DNA from: the human T2T-CHM13v2.0 reference genome, Homo sapiens
DNA length: 64,000 nucleotides
Assembly (NCBI GenBank): GCA_009914755.4
Contig: CP068257.2
Span: forward strand, 8,064,001-8,128,000
Direction of reading: 5' to 3'
A program made the position numbers and the translations under genes. Of the stretch, positions 40,801-53,400 are shown in pieces. The notes under the pieces are model-generated. The model worked only from the letters and a program-made list of their open reading frames with translations, made no database searches and had not been told where the DNA came from. Position 1 is the first letter of the stretch, and every line of letters starts with the position of its first letter.

Positions 40801-43800
40801 TTTCACCGCATTCCATTTGATTCTGTTCCATTCATTTCCATTCCATTGCCTTCAACTCCATTCAATTCCTTTCGATTCCATTCCATTTGATTCCATTTGA
40901 TTCGATTCGATTCGATTTCATTCCATTCCATTGCCTTCCATTACATTCCATTCCACTTCACTCCCTTCCGTTTCATTCTATTCCATTCCACTACACCCCA
41001 CTATACTCCAATACACTCCACTCCATTCCACTGCACTGCAATCCACTCCGCTAAACTCCACTCCACTCCTCTCCATTGCATTCTATTCTACACCTTTCCA
41101 CTCCACTCCACTCCACTTCACCGCATTCCAATCGATTCCATTCGATGCCATTCGATTCCATTCCATTCCATTTCATTCCATTCCATTCCATTTGATTCGA
41201 TTCGATTCCATTCCATTCCATTGCACTCCACTCCACTCCACTCCATTCCACTCCAATCCATTCAACTCCATTCCACTGCCCTTCAATCCACTCCACTCAT
41301 ATCCAATCCACTCCACTCCACTCCCTTCCAATCCATTCTACACCATTCCACTCCACTCCACTCCACTCCACTCCATTACATTTCATCTCATTCCATTCCA
41401 CTCCATTCCACTCCACTACACCCCACTCCGGTCCACTGAATTCCATTTGATTCCATAAGAATCCATACAACTCCATTCCACTCCAGTCCACTCCACGCTA
41501 TTCCACTCTACTCCACTCAATTCTATTACCTTCCATTTAAAATCCATTCCATTCCATTCCTTTCTTTTGACAGGATCTCACTAGGTCACCCAGGCTGGAT
41601 TGCAGTGCATAATCTCAGCTCACATTTGATTTCTCCATTCCATTCCATTGTATTCCATTCCACTTCACTCCACTCCACTCCACTCCATTCAATTCCATTC
41701 CTTCCCATCCCATTCTACTCCTCGCCATTCCACTCCACTCCACTCCATTGAATTCCATTCCACCCCATTCCATTCCAGTCCATTCCACTCCACTCCACAA
41801 TATTTCACCACATTCCATTCCATTCCATTCCATTCCATTCCATTCCAATTTCTTTCGATTCCATTCCATTTCATTCCGTTCCATTCCATTCCACTCCACT
41901 TCACTCCACTCCATTACACTGCACTCCATTCCACTCCACTCCACTCCATTCCATTCCATTCCACTCCATTCCACTCCAGTCAGGTCCATTCTACTCCATT
42001 CCACTCCACTGCATTCCACTCCACTCCAATGCACTCCATTCCATTCCACTCCACTCCATACCATTCCACCCCAGTCCATTCCATTCCACTCCAGTCCATT
42101 CCACTCCACTGCAGTCCATTCCACTCCATTCCATTCCATTCCACTCCACTCCATTCCATTCCACTCCACTTCACTCCACTCCACTTCACTCCACTCTGCT
42201 CCATTCCACTCCACTCAACTCCATTCCACTCCATTCCATTCCACTGCACTCAACTCCCCTCCAATCCACTCCACTCCACTATACTTCATTACATTCCATT
42301 CTACACCTTTCCACTCCACTCCACTCCCTTCCATTCCTTTCCATCTCATTCCATTCCACTCCATTACACTCCACTCCACTTCACCCCACTCCACTCCATT
42401 CCATTCCATTCTATAAGAATCCATACCACTCCATTCCACTCCACTCCACTCCACACGACTCCACTCCACTCCAGTCCATTCCATTACATTCCATTTTATA
42501 TCTGTTCCATTCCATTCGTTTCTTTTGACAGGATCTCACTAGGTCACCCAAGCTGGAGTGCAGTGCACAATCTCAGCTCACAATTCATTTCACCACTCCA
42601 TTCCATTGCATTCCACTCCACTCCACTAAACTCCACTCTGTTCAATTCCATTCCTTCCCATTCCATTCCACTCGACTCCATGCCACTCCACTGCACTCCA
42701 TTCCATTTAATTCCATTCCACCCCATTCCATTCCACTCCATTCCACTCCTCTCCACAACATTTCATCGCATTCCATTCCATTCCATTCCACCACACTACA
42801 CTCCATTGCACTGCACTCCATGCCACTCCACTCCAATCCATTCCATTCCATTCCACTCCAATCCACTCCACTCCAGTCCATTCCACTCCACTCCATTCTA
42901 CTCCAGTCCACTCTACTGCACTCCAGTCCATTCCACTCCACCCCATACCATTCCACTCCACTCCATTCCATTCCACACCAGTCCATTCCACTCCACTCCA
43001 TTGCTTTCCACTCCACTCCATTCCATTCCACTCCACTCCATTCACTCCACTCCACTCCACTCTGCTCCATTCCACTCCACTCCACTCCACTCCTCTCCAT
43101 TCCACTCCACTGCATTCCACTCCATTCCATAACACTGCACTCAACTCCCCTCCCCTTCACTCCACTATATTCCATTCCTTTCCATTCTACACCTTTCCAC
43201 TCCACTCTACTCCTCTCCATTCCATTCCATCCCAATCCATTCCACTCCATTCCCCTCCACACCACTCCACTCCACCCAACTATACTCCACTCAACTCCAT
43301 TCCATTCCATTCCATAACAGTACATACCACTAAATTCCACTCCACTCTACTCTATGCCACTGCACTCCACTTCATTCCATTCCATCCCATTCCATTCCAC
43401 TCCATTCCACTCCACTCCACCCCACTTCACTCCACTCCACTCCATTCCATTCCATTCCATAAAAATCTATACAACTCAATTCCACTCCACTCCACTCCAT
43501 TCCACGCCACTCCACTCCACTCCACTCAATTACATTACATTCCATTGTAAATCCATTCCATTCCATTCCTTTCTTTTGAAGGAATCTCACTCTGTCACCT
43601 AGGCTGGAGTGCAGTGCACAATCTCAGCTCACATTTCATTTCACCATTCTATTCCATTCCATTCCATTGCATTCCATTCCATTCCTTTCGATTCCATTCC
43701 ACTCCACCCCACTCCACTCCATTCCACTACACTCCATTCCACTCCATTCCATTCCATTCCACTCAACTCCACTCCACTCCACTCGACTCAATTCCATTCC

Positions 43801-46800
43801 ATTGCATTCCATTCTACACATTTCCTCTCCACTCCACTCCGTTCCATTCCATTCCATTCCATCCCACTGCATTCCAGTCCTCTCCATTCCACCCCCCACC
43901 ACTCCACTCCACTCCATTCCATTCCATAACAATCCATACCTCTCCATTCCACTGCACTCCACTCCACGCCACTCCACTCCACTCCATTCTATTCTAAATC
44001 CATTCCTTTCCATTCCTTTCTTTTGACAGGGTCTCACTCTATCACCCAGGCTGCACTGAGGTGCACAATCTCAGTTCATATTTCATTTCCCCATTCCATT
44101 CCATTCCATTCCATTCCATTCCATTCCATTCCATTCCAATGCATTCCATTCCATTCCATTGCATTCCATTCGACTCCACTCCACTCCACTCCAGTCAATT
44201 CCATTCCTTCCCATTCCATTCGGTTTGATTCCATTCCACTCCACTCCACTCCATTGAATTCCATTCCACCCCATTCCATTCCACTCCATTCCACTGCACT
44301 CCATTCCTCTTCACCGCATTCCATTCGATTCCATTGATGCCATTTGATTCCATTTGATTCGATTCCATTCGAATCCATTTTTTCATTCGATTCCATTCGA
44401 TTCCATTCGACTCGATTCCATTCAATTCGATTTGATTCCATTCGATTCCATTCCATTACATTCCACTCCACTCCACTCCATTCCATTCCATTCCATTCCG
44501 TTTTTCTAAATCCATTCCATTCCATTCCATTCCATTCCATTCCATTCCATTCCATTTTTCTAAATCCATTCCATTCCATTCCATTCCATTCCATTCTTTC
44601 TAAATCCATTCCATTGCATTCCTTTCTTTTCACAGGATCTCACTCTCTTACCCAGGCTGGAGTGTAGTGCACAATCTCAGCTCACATTTCATTTCACCAT
44701 TCTATGCCATTCCATTCCATTGCATTCTATTCCATTCCATTCCAATCCTTTGCATTCCATTCCATTCCACTCCACTCTACTCCATTCCACTTCACTCCAT
44801 TCCATTCCAGTCCACTCCATTCCTCACCACTCCACTCCACAACACTCCACTCCCTTTCATTCCAATCCACTCCACTCCATTCCACTAAACTAAACTGTAC
44901 TCCACACCACTCCACTCCATTCCAATCCACTCCACTCCATTCCACTCAATTCCACTCCATTCCACTCCATTCCATTCCATTCTACACATTTCCACTCCAT
45001 TCCACTCCACTCCTCTCCATTCCATTCCATCCCATTCCATTCCACTTCATTCCACTCCACTACACCCCACAGCACTCCATTCCACCCCATTGAATTCCAT
45101 TCCATAACAATCCATACCATTCCATTCCACTCCACTCCATTCCATTCCACTCCACTCCACTGCACTCCATTCCGTTACATTCCTTTCTATATCCATTCCA
45201 TTATATTCCACTCTAAATCCGTTCCATTATATTCCATTCTAAATCCATTCCATTCCCTTCCTTTCTTTCAACAGGATCTCACTCTGTCACCCAGTATGGA
45301 GTGCAGTGTAGATTCTCAGCTCACATTTCATTTCACCATTCCATTCCATTGTATTCCATTCCACTTCACTCCACTCCACTCCGATCAATTCCATTCCTTC
45401 CCATTCCATTCCATTCCATGCCACTCCACTCCACTCCATTGAAGTCCATTCCACCCCTTTGCTTTCCACTGCATTCCACTACCCTCCACTCCACTTCATC
45501 ACATTCCATTCGATTTCATTCTACACCATTCGAATCTTTCAATTTCATTCCATTCGATTCCATTAGATTCCATTTTTTCCATTCGATACCATTCGATTCC
45601 ATTCGACTCCATTCCATTGCATTCGATTCAATTTGATTCGAGTTGTTTCGATTCAATTAGATTCCATTTGATTCCATTTGTTTCCATTCCATTACATTCC
45701 ATTACATTCCACTCCATTCCATTACTTTCTGCTCCATTCCATTCCACTCCACTCAAATCCTTTCCACTCCACTCCATTCCATTCCATTCGACTCCACTCC
45801 ATTTCACTCCATTATATTTCATTCCATTCCATTCCACTCCACTCCACTCGATTCCATTCCACTCCATTCCACTCCAATCCACTCCACTCCACTCCATTCC
45901 ATTACATTCCATTCTAAATCCATTCCATTCCATTCCATTCTGAATCCATTCCATTCTCTTCCTTTCTTTCTACAGGATCTCACTGTGTAACCCAGGCTGG
46001 AGTGCAGTGCATAATCTCAGCTCACATTTCATTTCACCATTCCATTCGATTCCATTCCATTGCATTCCATTCCACTCCACTCCACTCCACTCCGCTCCAC
46101 TCTGTTCAATTCCATTCCTTCCCATTCCATTCCATTCCAATCCATTCCACTCCTCTCCACTCCATTCAATTCCATTCCACCCCATTCCATTCCACTCCAT
46201 TCCAAGAAACTCCACTCCATTTCACCGCATTCCATTAGATTCCATTCAATGCCACTCGATTCCATTTGATTCAATTCCATTCGATTCCTTTCAATTTCAT
46301 TTTTTTGCATTCGATTCAATTCAATTTCTTTTGATTCAATTCAAATCCTTTCGATTCCATATGATTCGATTTGATTTGAGTCGATTTGATTCAAAACCAT
46401 TTGATTCCATTCTTTTCCATTCTATTCCATTCGATTCCATTTGACTCCATTCCATTCGATTCTGTTCCATTCCATTCCACTCCATTCCATTCCATTCCAT
46501 TTGATTAAATTCCATTCCATTCCATTCCATTCAATTCCATTCCACTCCACTCAATCCTACTCCACTCTAATCATTCCCATTCCTTCCCATTCCATTCCAC
46601 TCCCCTCACTTCCACTCCAGTCTACTCCACTCCGTTCAATTCCATTCCCCTCCATTACATTCCAATCCATTCTGCTCCACTCCTCTCCGTTTCACCACAT
46701 TACATTTGATTCACTTCAATGCCATTCGATTCCATTTGATTCGAATCCATTCGATTCCATTGAATTCCGATCTATTCCATTTGATTTGATTCGATTCATT

Positions 46801-47480
46801 TGGAGTCGATTCAATTCGAGTCGAGTCGATTTGATTCGATTCCATTCCATTCTACTCCATTCCATTCCATTCCATTCCACTCCATTCTTTTCCACTCCAC
46901 TCCATTCCATTCCACTCCACTACATTCCATTCCTCTCCATTCCACTGCTTTCCACTCCATTACATTCCACCCCATTCCATTCCACTCCACTCCACTCCGT
47001 TTCACTCCACTCCATTCCATTCAACTCCATTCCACTGCTTTCCACTCCATTACACTCCACTACATTCCATTCCATTCCACTTCACTCAATTCCACTCCAT
47101 TCCATTCCACACAATTCCACTTCACTCTACTCCACTCCAATCCACTGCACTCCACTTCATTCCATTCAATTCCATTTTAAATCCAATCCAATAATTTCCA
47201 TTCTAAGTCCATTCCATTCCCTTCCTTTCTTTCGACAGGATCTCACTCTGTCACCCAGGCTGGAGTGTAGTGCACAATCTCAAATAACATTTTATTTCAC
47301 CATTCCATTGCATTCCATTCTATTGCATTCCATTCCACTCCACTCCACTCCGTTCAATTCCACTCCTTCCCATTCCATTCCACTCCAGTACATTCCACTC
47401 CACTCCATTCAATTCCATTCCACCCCAGACCGTTCCACTGCACTCCACGCCACTCCTTTCCAGTTCACTGTATACCATTT
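31841..47480 (+). repeat. HSat3-type (CATTC)n pentameric satellite, domain A. It is a CpG-poor CACTC-rich variant organised in higher-order blocks, each bounded by a conserved roughly 60 bp Alu 3'-end fragment (22 copies). The C-rich strand is on +.
   Basis: Seen in sequence. ATTCCATTCC repeats are continuous and mixed with CCACTCCACTCC variants. The motif …CATTCTAAATCCATTCCATTCCTTTCTTTTGACAGGATCTCACTCTGTCACCCAGGCTGGAGTGCAGTGCACAATCTCAGCTCACATTTCATTTCACCATTCC… recurs at about 32,200; 32,930; 33,870; 34,470; 35,012; 36,175; 36,655; 37,225; 37,725; 38,497; 38,725; 39,235; 39,838; 40,555; 41,563; 42,523; 43,570; 44,020; 44,625; 45,265; 45,965; 47,225. All ORFs there are HSIPF/MEWNG periodic artefacts. 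Confidence 0.93.
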
Positions 47481-50400
47481 GATTAAATTTGATGTCATTT
47501 GGTTCCATTCCATTTAACTCTATTCCATTCCACACGATTCCATTTGATTCCAGTCCATTCATTTCCCTTCCCTTGCATTCCATTCCATTCCAATCCATTC
47601 CATTCCATTCTATTCCATTCCATTTCAATCCATTAAATTCCATTCCCTTCCATTCCTTTCCATTACATTCCATTCCTCTCCATTCCATTTCATTCTTTTA
47701 CATTCCATTCGGGTTTATTCCATTCCATTCCATTCGAATCCATTCCATTGCACTCGCGTTGATTCAATTCCATTGCTTTCCATTCGAGTCCATTCCATTT
47801 CATTCGAGTCCATTCCATTCCATTCAAGGCCACTTCATTCCATTCCATTCCTTTCCATTCCATTCTTTTCGGGTCCATTCAATTCAAATGCATTCCATTC
47901 CATTCCATTCCATTCCATTCCATTCCATTCCATTCCATTCCTTTCCAAAATTCGAGTCCATTCCAATCCATTCCATTACACTCGAGTCATTTCCATTCCA
48001 TTTGCGTCCATTCAATTCCATTCCATTCCTTTCCATTCCATTCATTTCCATTCCATTCCATTTCATTACAGTCCATTCCATTCCATTCCATTCGTGTCCA
48101 TTCCATTCCATTGCATTCCATTCCATTCGATTCCATTCCTTTCCATTCAATTCCAATCGTGTCCATTCTATTCCAATCCACTTCAGTTCATTCCATTCCA
48201 TTCCATTCCATTTGAGTCCATTCCATTCCATTCGAGTCCATTCCATTCCATTTCATTCGAGTCCCTTCCATTCCATTCCATTCCATTCTATTCCTGTTGA
48301 GTGCATTCCATTGCATTGCCTTCCATTCGAGTGCATTCCGTTCCATTCGACTCCATTCCATTCCATTCCAATACATTCCATTCCATTCTATTCCATTCCA
48401 TTTCAATCCATCCCATTCCATTCCATTCCATTCCATTCCATTCCATTCCTTTCCATTCCATTCCATTCTGTTCCATTCCATTCCATTGCATTCCATTCCT
48501 TTCCATTCCATTCCATTCTGTTCCATTCCATTCTGGTCAATTCCTTTCCATTCCATTCCATTCCATTCCTCTCCATTCCATTCTGTTCCATTCCATTCGG
48601 GTCCATTCCATTCCGTTCCATTCCATTGCACTCAAGTTGATTCCAATCCATTCCATTCCATTAGAGTCCATTCCATTTCATTTGAGTCCATTCCTCTCCA
48701 TTCCATTCCATTCGAGGCCACTTCATTCCATTCCATTCCATTCCATTCTTTTCGGGTCCATTCAATTCAATTGTTTTCTATTCCATTCCATTCCATTCCA
48801 TTTCATTCCATTCCATTCGAGTCCATTTCATTCCATTCCTCTCCATTCCATTCCATTCTGTTCCATTCCACTCGGGTCCATTCCATTCCATTCCATTCGA
48901 ATCCATTCCATTACATTCCATTCCATTCCACTCGAGTTGATTCCATTCCATTCCATTCGAGTTCATTCAATTTCATTTGAGTCCATTCCATTCCATTCCA
49001 TTCGAGGCCACTTTATTCCATTCCATTCCATTCCATTCCATTCCATTCCATTCCATTCCATTCCATAATTTGAGTCCATTCAATTCCATTCCATTACACT
49101 CGAGGCTTTTCCATTCCATTCAAGTCCATTCAATTCGATTCTATTCCTTTCTATTTCATTCAATTCCATTCCATTCGACTGCATTCCATTTGGTTCCATT
49201 CAATTAGAGTCCATTCCATTCGTGTCCATTCCATTCCATTCCATTCAATTGCAATCCATTTGTTTCCATTTTGTTCCAGTCCTTTCCATTCGAGTCCATT
49301 CCATTCCAGTCCATTCCATTTGATTTCATTCCATTCAAATCCATTCCATTGGATTCGATTCCACTCGATTCCAGTCCGTTCCATTTTCTTACATTCCATT
49401 CTATTCCATTCCATTGCATTCCATTCCATTCCATTTGATTACATTCCATTTGATTCCATTCTACTCAAATCAATTACATTGCAATCCATTACATTTGAGT
49501 CCTTTCTATTCCAGTCCATTCCATTCCTGTCCATTCCATTCGATTCCATTCCATTCGACTCCATTCCATACTGTTGCATTCCTTTCGATTCCATTCTGTT
49601 CGAATAAATTGCATTCGAGAACATTCCTTTCGAGTCCATTCTATTTGAGTCCATTACATTCAAGTCCATTACATTTGAGTCCATTCCATTCCATTCCATT
49701 CGATGCCATGCCATTCGATTCTCTTCCATTCAAATACAATCGATTAGAGTCCATTCCATTCCATTCCACTCCATTCATTGCCAATCCATTCAATTCTATT
49801 GAATTCGAATCCATTCCATTCCATTGTGTTCCATCCGATTCCATTCCATTCTTCCTTTCCATTCCATTCCATTTCATTCGTTTCCATTCAATTTGTCTGC
49901 ATTCCACTCCAGTCCATACCGTTCGAGTCTATTCCATTCCAGTCCATTCCATTCGAGTCCATTCCACTCGATATCATTCCATTATGCTACATTCCATTCT
50001 CTTCTTTTCGATTCCATTCAATTCCATTCCATTCGATTCCATTCCATTCAATTCCATTGCTTTCGACTCCATTCCATTCGAGTGCATTCCATTCCATTCC
50101 ATTACATTCTGTTCTTTTCGATTCCAATCCGTTCCATTCCATTTTGTTCCTGTCCATTCCCTTCGAGTCCATTCCATTTCAGTCCATTCCACTCGATTCC
50201 ACTCCATTCCATTCTATTACATTGCATTCTATTCCATTCCATTGCATTCCATTCCATTCCATTTGATTACATTCCATTTGATTCCATTACATTTAATTCA
50301 ATTACATTGCAATCCATTTCATTCCAGTCCATTCCATTCCTGTCCATTCCATTCAATTCCATTACATACTATTGCATTCCATTTGATTAAATTCTATTCA

Positions 50401-53400
50401 AATAAATTCCATTCGAGACCATTCCTTTGGAATCCATTCTATTTGAGTCCATTCCATACGAGTCCATTATATTTGGGTCCATTCCATTCCATTCCCTTCC
50501 ATTCCTTTCCATTCTATTCTGTTCCATTCGAGTCCATTCCTTTCTAGTCCATACCACTCCATTCCATTCGAGTCCATTCCTTTTGAGTCCATTCCATTCC
50601 AGTCCAATCCATTCGAGTCCATTCCTTTCGAGTCCATTCCATTCCAATCCATTCTATTCGAGTCCATTTTATTCCATTCCATTCCATTTGATATCTTTCC
50701 ATTACAATCCATTCCATTCTATTCCTTTCAATTCTATTCAATTCCATTCCATTCGATTCCATTCCATTCAATTCCGTTCCTTTGGAATCCATTCCATTCG
50801 AGTCCATTCCATTCCATTCCATTCAAAACCTTTCCATTACACACCATTGCATTCTATTCCTTTGTATTTTATTCAATTCCATTCCATTCGATTTGATTCC
50901 ATTTGGTTCCATTCAATTAGATTCCATTCCATTCAAGTCCATTCCCTTCCATTCCGTTCCATTCGATTGCAATCCGTTCGTTTCCATTTTGTTCCAGTCC
51001 ATTCCATTTGAGTCCATTCCATTCCAGTCCATTCCATTACATTCCATTCCATTCGATGCCATGCCATGCGATTCTATTCCATTCGAATACAATCCACTAG
51101 ATTCCATTCCATTCCATTCCATTCCATTCCATTCCATTCCTCTCCATTCATTGCCAATCCATTCAATTCTACTGAATTCGAATCCATTCCATTCCATTGT
51201 GTTCCATCTGATTCCATTCCATCCTACTCCTTTCCAATCCATTCCATTCCATTCGTTTCCATTCAATTTGACTGCATTCCACTCCAGTTCATACCATTCG
51301 AGTCTATTCCATTCCATCCCATTCGAGCCCATTCCATTCCATTCCATTCCATTCCATTCCATTCGATACCTTTCCATTACGCTCCATTCCATTCTCTTCT
51401 TTTCGATTCCATTCAATTCCGTTCCATTCGATTCCATTCATTTCAACTCCATTCCATTCGAGTGCATTCCATTCCATACCATTACATTCCGTTCCGTTCG
51501 ATTCCAATCCATTTCATCCCATTTTGTTCCAGTCCATTCCATTCGAGTCCATTGCATTCCAGTCCATTCCAGTCCATTCCACTCCATTCCATTCTATTAC
51601 ATTGCATTCTATTCCATTCCATTGCATTCCATTCCATTCCATTTGATTACATTCCATTCTATTCCTTTACTTTCAAATCAATTACATTGCAATCCATTAC
51701 TTTCAAGTCAGTCCTATTCCAGTCCATTCCATTCCTGTCCCTTCCATTCGATTCTATTCCATTTGATTCCATTACATACTATTGCATTCCATTTGATTAA
51801 ATTGCATACGAATAAATTCCATTCAAGACCAATCCTTTTGCATCCATTCTATTTGGGTCCATTCCATACGAGTCCATTACATTTGGGTCTATTCCATTCC
51901 ATTCCATTCCATTCGAGTCTATTCCTTTAGAGTCCATTCCATTCCATTCGAGTCCATTCCATTCTATTCTATTCCACTCAATTCCATTCCATTCGATTCC
52001 ATTCCATTTGATTCCATTCCACTCGATTCCACTCTGTTCCATTCCATTGCATTCCATTCCACTCCATTCCATTGCATTCCATTCCACTTCATTCCATTTT
52101 ATTCCATTCCATTCCATTGCATTCCATTCCACTCCATTCCATTTCATTCCATTCCATTCCATTTGCTTACGTTCCATTCGATTCCTTTCCATTCAAATCA
52201 ATTATATTGCAATCCATGACATTCGAGTCCATTCTATTCCAGTCCATATCATTCCAGTCCATTCCATTCGATTCTATTCAATCGATTCCATTCCATACTA
52301 TTGCATTCTATTCAATTCCATTCTATTTGAATAAATTCCATTCGTGACCATTCCTTTCAAGTCCATTCTATTTGAGTCCATTCCATTGGAGTCCATTAAA
52401 TTTGGGTCCATTCCATTCCATTCCATTCCATTCCATTCGATGTCATTCTGTTAGTTTCTATACCATTCGAGTCCATTCCACTCCATTGCATTCCATTCCA
52501 TTCCATTGCATTCCATTCCATTCCATTCCATTCGATGCCATTCTGTTAGTTTCTATACCATTCGAGTCCATTCCACTCAATTGCATTCCATTCCATTCCA
52601 TTCCATTCGATGAAATTCCATTCGACTCTATTCTGTTTGACTCCACTCCATTCAATTCCATTCAATCCGACTCCATTCCATTCTATTCCCTTCTGATCCA
52701 CTCCATTGCATTCCATTCGTTTCAATTCCCTTCGAGTCCATTCAACACCAGTCCATTCCATTCAAATGCATTCCTTTCCAGTCCATTCCATTCGAGTCCA
52801 TTCAATTCCATTCCACTCCATTCCATTTGATATCTTTCCATTACACTCCATTCCATTCTATTCCTTTTGATTCAGTTCATTTCCATTCTATTAGATTCAA
52901 TTCCATTCGATTCCATTCCATTCGACTCCATTCCATTCTTGTCCATTCCATTGCTTTCTGTTCGATTCCAGTCAGTTCGATTCCATTTTGTACCAGTCCA
53001 TTCCATTCGAATCCATTCCATTCCAGTCCATTCCTATCGATACCATTCCATTCGATTCCATTCCATTTGATTCCATTCCACTCGATTACACTCCATTCCA
53101 CTCCATTGTATTCCAATCTATTCCATTCCTTTTCATTCCTTACCATTCCATTTTATTACATTCCATTAGATTGCATTCGTTTCGAATCAATTACATTGCA
53201 GTCCATTACATTCGAGTCCGTTCTATTCCAGTCCATTCCATTCCGGTCCATTCCGTTTGATTCCTTTCCATCCGATTCCATTCCATACTATTGCATTCCA
53301 TTCGATTAGAGTCTATTCAAATAAAGTCTATTCGAGAAAATTCCTTTTAAGTTCATTCTATTTCACTCCATTCCATTTGAGTTCATTACATTTGGAATCT

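Noticed and set aside
31841-47480. Repeat-spacer-like regularity (a conserved roughly 60 bp element every 0.5-1 kb) that might be mistaken for a CRISPR-like or cassette array
   Set aside because: The 'repeat' is an Alu 3' fragment and the 'spacers' are pentameric satellite. The organism is human (Alu, L1, THE1, HSat3). CRISPR or integron interpretations do not apply.
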